Below are positions 37,471 through 49,020 of a DNA stretch of 64,000 nucleotides, piece by piece (position 1 is the first letter of the stretch; every line of letters starts with the position of its first letter). The position numbers were made by a program, and so were the translations under genes. Location: NCBI GenBank assembly GCA_963824265.1, contig CAWGOO010000002.1, positions 316,744 to 380,743 on the forward strand, written 5' to 3'. The notes beneath the pieces were generated by a model, which had not been told where the DNA came from, ran no database searches, and saw nothing but the letters and a program-made list of their open reading frames with translations. The DNA is from an uncultured Actinomycetota bacterium. Its GTDB lineage: Bacteria > Actinomycetota > Acidimicrobiia > Acidimicrobiales > RAAP-2.

Positions 37471-37906
37471 TCAGTCGGCGATGTCGGCCACGGCAGTGAC
37501 CCGCACCCGATGGAGGCGTAGAAGTAGCTCCCCGTCGACTGCGTTTCGCCTGCCGTACTCTTCGGCCAGTTCGTCGCCCATGTACCGACGGGCGATGGCG
37601 ATCGATAGCGGGAGCATCTCATCCAGGTCACGAGAGATCGAGACTCTTCCCTCGATAGTCGCGAAGGCATAGGGAGGCCGTTCGTCATCTACCGAAAGCG
37701 CCACTCGCGGGATCGCGCATCATGGCCTTCCCTTTCACCGTGTCGGCTCCGGTCATGAAGACCAGGTCGCCCCCATCGAGGATGAACCAGATAGGAGCAA
37801 CGTGCGGGCTGCCATCGGCTCGCGTGGTCGCCAGTTTCCCGGTGCGAGTGCCTGCCCCTAGGAACCGGTCCAGTTCGGCGCCCTTCATCTCGTGTGCCAT
37901 ATCCAA
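37471..37906 (-). CDS. PPOX-class (pyridoxamine 5'-phosphate oxidase family) probable F420-dependent enzyme; frame break at about 37705
   Basis: ORF 37685..37906 (..GKLATTRADGSPHVAPIWFILDGGDLVFMTGADTVKGKAMMRDP) joins ORF 37471..37704 (ALSVDDERPPYAFATIEGRVSIS..). Removing one base in gcg[a]gtg restores RDPAVALSVDD. Confidence 0.8.
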
Positions 37907-38228
37907 AGTATTGCCGTCGCACCGGTGGCTGCAGCCAGAATCTGCTACTGCTCGGTCACCTGGGGTGTGTCGGCGTGTTCGGATCCGAGTAGGGCAGAGA
38001 GCTTCTTGGGAGCCAGGATCCGATAGCTCTCGATCACGAGCTCACGATCTCCGCCCAGTCCGTGCGATCGGCGAGCCGGACCCCGATGCGATCACGCCCG
38101 GGTCTCCACGCGCTTGACCGTGCCGAACCGAGCCCCCCGATGTCGACCTCGAACGTTGAACCCCACGCTCGGCCCGGCCGGGCGTTACTGACCGCCGGGT
38201 GCAGGCATCACGAATGTGGCTGAACCAG

Positions 38229-38453
38229 CTATGTCATCCTGGCTCTCGCCTGCTCAACGCTATTGAGACGCGCCTGCTCATCAAGCCACCGACCAGAGCG
38301 TGCAGCTTGACGCTCGTCCGGAACGTGGCACTGGCCCATCGGGCCGTCCGTCGTGACGCCGCAGCGTCGACAGACAGCCATCCGTCCATTGGTCTCGGGG
38401 AGATGATGTTTGTCGAGCCGAACGGCCAGTTGGGATGGGCTAGCTGAGGTCAC
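38229..38453 (-). CDS. Hypothetical small protein (weak call)
   Basis: ORF 38229..38453 lies in a lower-GC stretch next to the tRNA. It has a CRRCG..C.H pattern. There is no other support. Confidence 0.3.
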   Translation of the reverse strand: MTSASPSQLAVRLDKHHLPETNGRMAVCRRCGVTTDGPMGQCHVPDERQAARSGRWLDEQARLNSVEQARARMT

Positions 38454-38549
38454 GGCTTCCTCTCGATGTGTCGATCGCTATTCCACGGTAGACGCGTGGC
38501 CGTGGTTCCGCAGGCCCTGGGTCCACCTTTCGCTCGCGACATCACAGGG

Positions 38550-38622
38550 CGCCCCAGGCAGGATTCGAACCTGCGACGCACGGTTTAGGAAACCGACGCT
38601 CTATCCCCTGAGCTACTGGGGC
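38550..38622 (-). tRNA. tRNA-Arg (anticodon CCT)
   Basis: Minus strand: GCCCCAG-TA-GCTC-AGGGGATA-GAGC-G-TCGGT-TTCCTAA-ACCGT-GCGTC-GCAGG-TTCGAAT-CCTGC-CTGGGGC-G. Canonical cloverleaf. CCA is not encoded. Confidence 0.9.
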
Positions 38623-40646
38623 CCGAAAAGCACGCTATCCGGCCCGGACGCGGCGTCGGCGTCCCCACCGTGGCCGGCATCGGCATCGGCCGCCGCCCCG
38701 GTAGGCAGCCGAACGAGGACGCCCGTCCCCGCGCCGACCGTCGAGCGGATCGAGATCGTCCCGCCGTGGCGGTCGACGATCGCTTTGGCGACGGACAGAC
38801 CGAGCCCGGTTCCGGGCAGGCCGCGGGTCCGGGCGTTCGACGCCCGGAAGAAACGGGAGAACAGCAGCGCCTGCTCGTCGTCGGGGATGCCGATCCCGGA
38901 GTCGACGATCTCGACCTCCCAACCCCCTTCGTCGCCATCGCCGTTGCGCTCGATCGGCGCGGCGCGGATCGTGACGAAACCATCGGCGGGCGTGAACTTG
39001 ACCGCGTTCGACAGGACGTTCTCGAACAGTTGCGTCAACCGGTCGGCGTCCCCCGCCAGTGGTGGCCCGTCGGTCACGTCGAGCTCGATGGCCACGGACC
39101 GGACGGCCGCGTCGGGGGCGATCGTCCGTTCGGCGTGACGGACGATGGCTGGCACGTCGACCGACGAGACGTCGAGCGGGAGGGCCCGCGACTCGAGGCT
39201 GTCGAGCCCGACGAGGTCACCAGCGAGCCGGAGGAGCCGGTTGACATTGCGGACGATCGCCTCCAGGCAGGCGGCCTGCTCGGTCGCGTCGGCGGCGTCG
39301 AGGTCGTCCCGGTCGAGGAGGTTCCCCAACAGCTGCGTGTAACCGACGATCGACGTCAACGGCGTACGGAGCTCGTGGGAGACCGCGGCGAGCGACTCGG
39401 ACCGGAACGCGTCCATCTCGGCGAGCCGCCGGTTCTCGTCTCGCTCGGATGCAAGCAGGCGCTCCCGCTCGGCTTCGGCGAGCGCTTGATTGGTGATGTC
39501 CCGGTACGTCGAGAGATGGCCGCGGTAGGTGCCCTGCACGTACATCGGGACGAAGTCGCACTCGAGCGTCCGGCCGTCGTAGAGCGTCGCCCGCACCCCG
39601 GCGATCCGCTCCGGCTGGGCCCGCAGCCGGACGACGGCGTCGGCCGCGTCCGGCGGATCGACGACGAGCTTCGCGACGGAGAGACCGATCGACTCGAGCG
39701 TCCGGCCCTCGAGGTCCTCGGGTCGGAACGGGAGGTGGAACAGGTCGACGAACGCCTGGTTGACGAGGACGACCGCCCGGTGTTCGTCCTCGAGCACGAC
39801 CCCGGTCTGCATGCTGTCGATCAACCCGCTCAACCAGCGGTTGCTCGCCTCGAGCGCGGCCAGGGTGTCGTGCCGGCGGGTGACGTCTCGGGCGTGGACG
39901 ACGATCCCGCGGATCGCCGGGTGGTCGACCTGGCTCTCGATGATCGCCTCCATGTACCGCCACGAGCCGTCGGCCGTCCGGAGGCGCATCTCGAACCGCT
40001 CGTCCGGGTCGATCTCGCCGGTGACGGCCCGGGCGAACACCTCCCGGGCGGCGTCGACGTCGTCGGGATGGAGCAGCGGGAAGATGCCGTCTTGGGCATC
40101 GAAGTCCGCCTGGTGGCCGATCAGCCGCAGCGCCCCACCGCTCGACCAGCGCCAGGACCCGTCGGGATTGAGGATCGTGACGATCTCGAGGGACCGGTCG
40201 AGAACGACGTCGAGCAACTGAGCTCCGGACAGTACGGGTCCGACGGCGGTCACGGCGGGGTTGGCGTCGACGATGGCGATCAGGTACCCGTCGATGCCAC
40301 CGTCGCCACCGACCATCGGCACCGTCTGGCCCTCGCAGTGCCGCACGCTCCCGTCGGGCCCGATCGTCCGGAACGCGCCGAACCGGCCCTGGCGTTCGAC
40401 GCTCGACTTCCACCGGTCAGCGACGCTCTCGGCGTCGTCGGGATGCACCGCCAGGTACCACGGCTGGTCTCGCAGCGAGCGCCCCGTCGTCCCGCTGAAG
40501 TCCTCCCAGCGCTGGTTGTGGTACCACGACCGGCCGTCGGGATCGACCGCGACGATGCCGACCGGCGCCACGACCGAGAAGGCGCCGAGGGCTCGCCGGG
40601 CGGCCACCCGTGACGGTTCGTCGCTCAAGTCCCCGCGTCGCTCCAC
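38613..40646 (-). CDS. Multi-PAS sensor histidine kinase (cytoplasmic)
   Basis: ORF 38613..41768 trimmed to GTG 40646; the upstream 370 aa are an Arg/Pro-rich run-on antisense to ahcY. At least three PAS-like modules are present (..WYHNQRWEDFSG.., ..HPDDVDAAREVF.., ..LEDEHRAVVLVNQAF..). H-box [35 protein letters not shown]. Confidence 0.85.
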   Translation of the reverse strand: MERRGDLSDEPSRVAARRALGAFSVVAPVGIVAVDPDGRSWYHNQRWEDFSGTTGRSLRDQPWYLAVHPDDAESVADRWKSSVERQGRFGAFRTIGPDGSVRHCEGQTVPMVGGDGGIDGYLIAIVDANPAVTAVGPVLSGAQLLDVVLDRSLEIVTILNPDGSWRWSSGGALRLIGHQADFDAQDGIFPLLHPDDVDAAREVFARAVTGEIDPDERFEMRLRTADGSWRYMEAIIESQVDHPAIRGIVVHARDVTRRHDTLAALEASNRWLSGLIDSMQTGVVLEDEHRAVVLVNQAFVDLFHLPFRPEDLEGRTLESIGLSVAKLVVDPPDAADAVVRLRAQPERIAGVRATLYDGRTLECDFVPMYVQGTYRGHLSTYRDITNQALAEAERERLLASERDENRRLAEMDAFRSESLAAVSHELRTPLTSIVGYTQLLGNLLDRDDLDAADATEQAACLEAIVRNVNRLLRLAGDLVGLDSLESRALPLDVSSVDVPAIVRHAERTIAPDAAVRSVAIELDVTDGPPLAGDADRLTQLFENVLSNAVKFTPADGFVTIRAAPIERNGDGDEGGWEVEIVDSGIGIPDDEQALLFSRFFRASNARTRGLPGTGLGLSVAKAIVDRHGGTISIRSTVGAGTGVLVRLPTGAAADADAGHGGDADAASGPDSVLFGPQ

Positions 40647-40736
40647 CGCAAGTGCCCTGTCCGTTCGCCGAGCACGCGTCGTCCGGTGGACGCCGCCGGG
40701 CGCGGCCCTGGCCGCTTCATCGTCAGATGACCCTAG

Positions 40737-43246
<2,510 letters not shown>

Positions 43247-44267
43247 GGCGCCGACCGCTAGGGCCCGGAGGGCCCGTTCGATACCGGCGTCGTCGACGTC
43301 GTGGTGGGTGACCAGGCGGACGACGCCCGGAGCGATCATGCCGGCCAGCACACCCTGCGGTCGCCAGATGGTCGACCAGCTCGACCGCCGACGGCGGCGC
43401 GAAGACGACGATGTTCGTCCGCACCGCTGTCGGCCGGCACCCGGCATCGGGCCACCGGTCGGCCACCGCCTCGGCCAGCCGGGCGGCCCGGGCGTGGTCG
43501 TCGGCCAGCCGCTCGACCATCTCCTCCAAGGCGACGAGCCCCGCCGCGGCGACGATGCCGGCCTGCCGCATAGCCCCGCCCAGGCGCTTGCGCTCGATCC
43601 GACCGGCCGCGATCACGTCGTCCGGACCCGGCCAGTACCGATCCGACCGGACGCGCAGAGGCCCTTCGACAGGCACGACATGACCGTCGTCGCGGTCGCC
43701 GCCATCGCGGCCGCCGAGACGCCGGTCGCCACCTCGGCGTTGAACAGCCGAGCCCCGTCCATGTGGACCGGTACATCACCCGCCGCCGCCTGGACGGCCC
43801 GCAGGGCGCGCAGCGACCAGGGCGCGCCGCCGGCGGCCATGTGGGTGTTCTCGACACAGACGAGCGAGACGGCCGGCTGGTGGTAATCGGCGGCCGTCCG
43901 GGCTGCCGCCACGGCGCTGGCCGCCACGGTCCCGTCGCCGTCGTCCACCGCAACGAACTGGACGCCCGCGTTGCGAGCCGCCGCACCGAGCTCGTAGGCG
44001 ACGACATGCTGGCGGCGGCCGGCGACGACCGCCGTTCCCGGGCCGGGCGAGCACCCGGACGGCGATCTGGTTGGCCATCGTGCCCGATGGGACGAAGACC
44101 GCCGCGGGCTTGCCGACCCGCTCGGCGTAGGCGGCCTCCAGCGCGTTGACCGTCGGGTCCTCGCCGTAGCTGTCGTCCCCCACCTCCGCGTCGGCCATCG
44201 CCCGGCGCATCGCCACGGTCGGCTGCGTGACGGTGTCGCTCCGCAGGTCGACGACGTCGGACGTCAC
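43247..44267 (-). CDS. ltaE: Low-specificity L-threonine aldolase; four frame breaks (about 44025, 43651, 43626 and 43355) and no in-frame stop before the next gene
   Basis: [49 protein letters not shown] (ORF 43776..44267), ..[32 protein letters not shown] (ORF 43613..43948), [29 protein letters not shown] (ORF 43119..43676), [19 protein letters not shown] (frame of ORF 42359..43447). Confidence 0.85.
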
Positions 44268-44318
44268 CGCCCGATGCTATCGGTCGCCCTCTGACACCTG
44301 CCCGGTAGGCTCCGCACC

Positions 44319-44793
44319 GTGGCGGCCGATGCGACCCAACCCAACCGGGCCCTTCCGTCCCACATCCGCGGTCTCGGCGAGGGCACCATCGGCGAGGTGC
44401 TCGACATCGAGACTGGTCGAAGCGACGCCCGAGCAGGTCGTCGTCCGACTGCCGGTGACGTCGAAGACGCACCAGCCGTTCGGCGTCCTCCACGGTGGCG
44501 TCTCCGCCCTACTCGCCGAGACGGCAGCCAGCTTCGGCGGTGCCGTCTCCGTCCCACCCGGCCAGAGCGTCGTCGGCATCGAGCTCAACGCCAGCCACCT
44601 GCGACCGATGACGAGCGGCACCCTTACCGCGGTGGCGACGCCCGTCCGCAAGGGCCGGACCATCCAGGTCTGGGACATCGCGCTGACCGACGACGACGAC
44701 CGGCCGATCTGCCGGGCCCGCTGCACCCTGGCGGTCATCGCCCTGCCTGATCAGGCGTCGCCCGGTCGTCCCGGTACGGGCGACGCCGGCTGA
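44319..44793 (+). CDS. PaaI-family hotdog-fold thioesterase; frame break at about 44412
   Basis: ORF 44319..44750 N-terminus (..GLGEGTIGEVLDIE) joins the ORF 44227..44793 frame (LVEATPEQVVVRLPV..HQPFGVLHGGVSALLAETAAS..GIELNASHLRP..GRTIQVWDIAL). Removing one base in gag[a]ctg restores the frame. Confidence 0.8.
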
Positions 44794-44917
44794 ACGGCCA
44801 CTCTCCGTCCCCTCGAGTACCACCGGCGGGCCCCCTCGAGTATCACCGGCGGGCCGCCCGGCGTATCACGACGGGGCGGGATGGCGCGAACCGGTGCTCG
44901 TTCGCGTAGGATACGCC

Positions 44918-45958
44918 ATGCTTCCGGTGCCACCCATCGCCGAACCTGGGTCCGTGGGCCTCATGCTCCCCCCCGTGCTTTCCAGTGACACCCCTGGTGG
45001 AGGCGGTCGTACCAGTGGTAAGAACGGTGGTAGCACCATGGGTACTACCGAGGTGCTGCAGCGGACGTGCCAGCAGGCCGAAGCCCTCGGTGCATCAGCC
45101 CTTTGGGCGGTCGACCACCTGTTCTGGGGGACGCCGATGCTCGAGTGCCTGACGACGCTGACGGTCGCCGCCACCGCGACGACGAGCGCCGCGCTCGGCA
45201 CCTGCGTGCTCCAGCTGCCACTGCGCCGGCCGGCCGCGGTGGCCAAGCAGGCGGCCGCCCTCCAGCTGCTCTCCGGCGGCCGGTTCGTCCTCGGGGTCGG
45301 GGTCGGCCGTCACCGGGGCGAGTACGAGATGGCCGGCGTCGACTTCTCCCGCCGCGGCCGTCTGCTCGACGACGGCCTGGCCGAACTGCGCCGAGCCTGG
45401 GACAGTGCCGGCGACCCGGCCGTCGCGTACCGACAGGAGCCGGCCGCCCCGCCGGTGCCGGTCTGGGTCGGTGGGTCGAGCGACGCCGCCCGGCGCCGGG
45501 CTGCCACGTCGGCCGACGGCTGGGTACCGCTGTTCCTCGACCCGACCGAGCTGGCCTCGTCCCTCGAACAACTGCGGGCCGAAGTGGCCGTCGCCGGTCG
45601 CCCGCCGTCCGCCGTGACCCCGGCCGTCGTCGTCATGGTCGCCGTCGGTCGAGGGCGCAAGGTGCACGAGCGAGGTACCCACTGGCTCTCCTCCCTCTAC
45701 GGCATCCCGCCGAAGGCGTTCGACCGCCACCTCGTCGCCGGACCGGCCGACCACTGCGCGACGCGGCTCGACGAGTACGTCGCCGCCGGCGCCGAGCACG
45801 TCGTCGTGATGATCGCCGACGACCAGCCGATCGATCACTTCGCCGAGCTCGCCGGCGCCCTCCGCCTGGCGGTCCCGCCGGGGCCGGTGGGTGCCGGGGC
45901 CGCTCGGCCCGACCTGGCCGAATCGGTTCGGCCCGACCTGGTGGAGGTGGGAGTGTGA
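44918..45958 (+). CDS. LLM-class flavin/F420-dependent oxidoreductase
   Basis: ORF 44894..45958. ..ALGASALWAVDHLFW.., ..SGGRFVLGVGVG.., ..PVWVGGSS..ADGWVP. Confidence 0.8.
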   Translation: MLPVPPIAEPGSVGLMLPPVLSSDTPGGGGRTSGKNGGSTMGTTEVLQRTCQQAEALGASALWAVDHLFWGTPMLECLTTLTVAATATTSAALGTCVLQLPLRRPAAVAKQAAALQLLSGGRFVLGVGVGRHRGEYEMAGVDFSRRGRLLDDGLAELRRAWDSAGDPAVAYRQEPAAPPVPVWVGGSSDAARRRAATSADGWVPLFLDPTELASSLEQLRAEVAVAGRPPSAVTPAVVVMVAVGRGRKVHERGTHWLSSLYGIPPKAFDRHLVAGPADHCATRLDEYVAAGAEHVVVMIADDQPIDHFAELAGALRLAVPPGPVGAGAARPDLAESVRPDLVEVGV

Positions 45959-47142
45959 GCACCGAACCGGTGGCGATCCTCGGGACGGGGATGACGGACA
46001 TGAGCCGGCGGGACCAATCCGCCGAGACCATGGCCCATCAGGCGGTCCATGAGGCGCTGGGCGACGCCGGCGTCGAACCGCACGAGCTGTCGCTCGTCGT
46101 CGCGGCGAACGCCCTCGGCGGGCGGCTCTGTGAACAGGGCTGTATCCGCGGGCAGACGTGGCTGCGCAAGGCCGGCCTCGGCGACGTCGCGGTCGTCAAC
46201 GTCGACAACTCCTGCGCCGGAGGGACGTCGGCCGTCCACGTCGGCTCCCTCGTCGCCCGGGCGTCGACCGGCCCGGTGCTCGTGCTCGGCGTCGAGAAGA
46301 TGTGGACCGGCGACCGGGCGGCCACGCTGGCCGGCATCGAAGACGGCCTGCCGGCGGACTACCGGGCCGACATGCACGCCCGCTTCCGGCCCGAGGACAA
46401 CCCCGGCGGCAGCATCCTGATGGGCCTGAACGACTTCTGGGCCCGCCAGTGCATGGAGGACCGGGGGACGACCGTCGAGCAGATCGCCGCCGCGGCGACG
46501 AAGGCACGCTTCAACGCCAGCCGGAACCCGATGGCCCAGATCACGAAGGCGACCACGATCGACGAGGTGCTGGCGTCGCCGCAGGTCTCCGGCGTGCTGA
46601 CCCGCCTGATGTGCAGCTCGTTCACCGACGGCGCCGCGGCCCTCGTGCTCGGCCCGGCCGACCGTGCCCCGGCGGGCGGCGCCTTCATCGTCGGCTCCGT
46701 CGCCCGGTCGGGCAACGGCGAGATGGACTACCACGATCGGCTCGGCGAGACCGCCCGGGCGGCGTGGGAGGCGTTCGGCCGCGGCCCCGGCGACTTCGAC
46801 ATGGTCGAGCTGCACGACGCGACGAGCGCCGAGGAGATCTACGCCCTCGAGTCGCTCGGCCTGTTCGATCGCGGCAAAGCCGGCCCGGCCACGCTGGCCG
46901 GCGACACCGCCATCGGTGGCCGTGGCCTCACCGTCAACCCGAGCGGCGGCCTCGTCGGCCGAGGTCACCCGCTCGGCGCCACCGGCATCGCCCAGATCGT
47001 CGAGCTCGCCACCCACCTGCGGGGGCGGGCTGGTGCCCGCCAGGTGGAGGGCGCCCGGCTCGGACTGGCCGTCAACACCGGCGGGGTGATCGAAGGCGAC
47101 GCGGCGTACGTCGGCATCCACGCCATCGCCGCCGGGAGCTAG
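45955..47142 (+). CDS. Thiolase-family protein (SCP-x / acetyl-CoA acetyltransferase-like)
   Basis: GTG 45955 overlaps the upstream stop (GTGA), within ORF 45067..47142. VAILGTGMTD, VNVDNSCAGGTSAV (active-site Cys), NPSGGLVGRGHPLGATG. Confidence 0.85.
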   Translation: MSTEPVAILGTGMTDMSRRDQSAETMAHQAVHEALGDAGVEPHELSLVVAANALGGRLCEQGCIRGQTWLRKAGLGDVAVVNVDNSCAGGTSAVHVGSLVARASTGPVLVLGVEKMWTGDRAATLAGIEDGLPADYRADMHARFRPEDNPGGSILMGLNDFWARQCMEDRGTTVEQIAAAATKARFNASRNPMAQITKATTIDEVLASPQVSGVLTRLMCSSFTDGAAALVLGPADRAPAGGAFIVGSVARSGNGEMDYHDRLGETARAAWEAFGRGPGDFDMVELHDATSAEEIYALESLGLFDRGKAGPATLAGDTAIGGRGLTVNPSGGLVGRGHPLGATGIAQIVELATHLRGRAGARQVEGARLGLAVNTGGVIEGDAAYVGIHAIAAGS

Positions 47143-47145
47143 CCC

Positions 47146-48072
47146 GTGCCCGGTCTCACCGTACGGGCCTGCGGCATCGCCGTCCCGGACAAGATCCTCA
47201 CCAACGACGACCTCTCCGCCCGGCTCGACACGAGCGACGAGTGGATCGCCGAGCGCACCGGCATCCGGGAGCGGCGGATCGGCGGGACGACGTCCGGGTT
47301 GGCCGTCGAGGCCGGCCGCCAGGCGCTCGAGCGGGCCGGCCTCGAACCGGCCGACATCGACATCGTCGTCCTGGCGACGACGACGCCCGACGCCATGGTG
47401 CCGGCGACGTCGGCCACCGTGCAGGCCGAGCTCGGCATCCCCGGCGGCGCGTTCGACGTCAACGCCGCCTGCTCCGGCTTCGTCTACGGCCTCGTCACCG
47501 CGGCCGGTCTGATCGCCACCGGGTCGGGCCGGGTCCTCCTCATCGGCTCCGACACGCTCAGCCGCATCACCGACTGGGACGACCGGACGATGGCCGTGCT
47601 CGTCGGCGACGGCGCCGGCGCGGTCGTCGTCGAACCGGTCGACGGGCCCGGCGATCTGCTGAGCTGGAACGTCGGCGCCGACGGCAGCCTGCGTCATCTC
47701 CTGCGCTGCGACCACGGCGGGTATCTGTTCATGGACGGCAAGGAGGTCTTCCGGCGGGCCGTGCGGGTAGTCGTCGACTCCGCCGTCAAGGCGCTCGACG
47801 ACGCGGGGCTGTCGGCCGCCGACGTCGACCTGCTCGTCCCCCACCAGGCCAACCTGCGGATCATCCAAGCTGCCTGCCAGCGGCTCGGCATCCCCGAGGA
47901 GCGGACCGCGGTCGTCATCGACCGGTACGGCAACACGTCGTCCGCGTCGATCCCGCTCGCCCTGGACGACGCCGTTGGCGGCGGTCGCGTCCGCCGCGGC
48001 GACCATCTGCTCCTCACCGGTTTCGGCGGCGGGATGACCTGGGCCAGCGCCGTTCTACGCTGGGGGGGATGA
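47146..48072 (+). CDS. fabH: Beta-ketoacyl-ACP synthase III (FabH family)
   Basis: ORF 47146..48072. SDEWIAERTGIRERR, DVNAACSGFVYGL, VLVGDGAGAVVV, VPHQANLRII, GNTSSASIPLAL, GFGGGMTW. Confidence 0.9.
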   Translation: MPGLTVRACGIAVPDKILTNDDLSARLDTSDEWIAERTGIRERRIGGTTSGLAVEAGRQALERAGLEPADIDIVVLATTTPDAMVPATSATVQAELGIPGGAFDVNAACSGFVYGLVTAAGLIATGSGRVLLIGSDTLSRITDWDDRTMAVLVGDGAGAVVVEPVDGPGDLLSWNVGADGSLRHLLRCDHGGYLFMDGKEVFRRAVRVVVDSAVKALDDAGLSAADVDLLVPHQANLRIIQAACQRLGIPEERTAVVIDRYGNTSSASIPLALDDAVGGGRVRRGDHLLLTGFGGGMTWASAVLRWGG

Positions 48073-49001
48073 GCGAGAACACCACGAACGCCACCGCCAC
48101 CACCCCCAGCGACCGCCGCCGGCCGACGTTGGTCGTGCTGGCCGCCGGGCGGGCCCGGCGCTACGGCGGCGTGAAGCCGCTCGCCCCGGTCGGGCCCGGA
48201 GGTGAGGCGGTGATCGACCTGCTGGCCAGCGACGCGCTGGCCGCCGGTTTCGGCTCGCTCGTGCTCGTGATCGGCCCGGCCACCGGCCCGGCCATCCGCT
48301 ACCACGTCGAGCAGACGTGGCCCGGTGCGGTCGACGTCCGCTTCGCCACCCAGGAGACGCCGCACGGCACCGTCGACGCCACCCTGGCCGCCTTCTCCCA
48401 TCTCGATCCGGCCGTCGCGTTCGGCGTCGCCAACGCCGACGATCTCTACGGTCAGGCCGGCCTCGCCCAGCTGGCCGGCCACCTGGCCGGCGACGGTTCG
48501 AACGCGCTCGTCGGCTACCGGCTGCGCAACGCGATCGTCGGCGACGCGCCGGTGACCCGCGGCGTCTGCCGGGTCAACCCGGACGGAACGCTCGAGTCCG
48601 TCGACGAGCGTCGCCAGGTGTGCGCGGCCGGTGACGGCCGGTACCTGGCCAAGGACGGACGGACGCCCGAGGAGCTCGACGGCGACGAGCTCGTCTCGAT
48701 GAACCTCTGGGGCTTCGGACCGGACATGCCGCCGATCTTCCGTGCCGCCATGACCGACGCCACCGAAGCGCTCGACGCCGGTCGGGCCGACGCCGAGGTC
48801 CTCCTACCCGAGATCGTCGGCGCCATCCTCGCCGGCCGCTCGCCCGGCGGGCTGCCGGCGGCGCCGTTCCGGGTGTTGCAGGCCGACGGTCGCTGCATCG
48901 GCGTCACCCACCCCGACGACCTCGCCCTCGTCCAAGCCGACCTCGCCGGCCAGGTCGGGCGGGGCGAACGGCCGGCCCGGCTCTGGGGCAGCGTCGGATG
49001 A
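48069..49001 (+). CDS. Nucleotidyltransferase (NTP_transferase fold, sugar-phosphate nucleotidylyltransferase-like)
   Basis: ATG 48069 overlaps the fabH stop (ATGA), within ORF 46158..49001. LVVLAAGRARRYGGVKPLAPVG, ..HGTVDA.., ..VANADDLYG. Confidence 0.7.
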   Translation: MSENTTNATATTPSDRRRPTLVVLAAGRARRYGGVKPLAPVGPGGEAVIDLLASDALAAGFGSLVLVIGPATGPAIRYHVEQTWPGAVDVRFATQETPHGTVDATLAAFSHLDPAVAFGVANADDLYGQAGLAQLAGHLAGDGSNALVGYRLRNAIVGDAPVTRGVCRVNPDGTLESVDERRQVCAAGDGRYLAKDGRTPEELDGDELVSMNLWGFGPDMPPIFRAAMTDATEALDAGRADAEVLLPEIVGAILAGRSPGGLPAAPFRVLQADGRCIGVTHPDDLALVQADLAGQVGRGERPARLWGSVG

Positions 49002-49020
49002 CCGCGGAGCACCGCTCCCC

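Noticed and set aside
37907-38549. Integrated element downstream of tRNA-Arg
   Set aside because: The GC content is somewhat lower and there is one weak small ORF. However, there is no integrase, no repeat of the tRNA 3' end, and no recognisable cargo.
38670-40613. 647-aa plus-strand ORF antisense to the PAS kinase. The same applies to the other long alternate-frame ORFs at 12423..14786, 53721..55763, 35192..36103 and 36167..37144.
   Set aside because: All are antisense or alternate-frame to genes with strong family signatures, and all have Arg/Pro/Gly/Asp-biased low-complexity sequence.
45835-48006. 723-aa minus-strand ORF across the thiolase and fabH region
   Set aside because: It is low-complexity and Arg/Gly/Asp-rich, and antisense to two genes with clear catalytic motifs.
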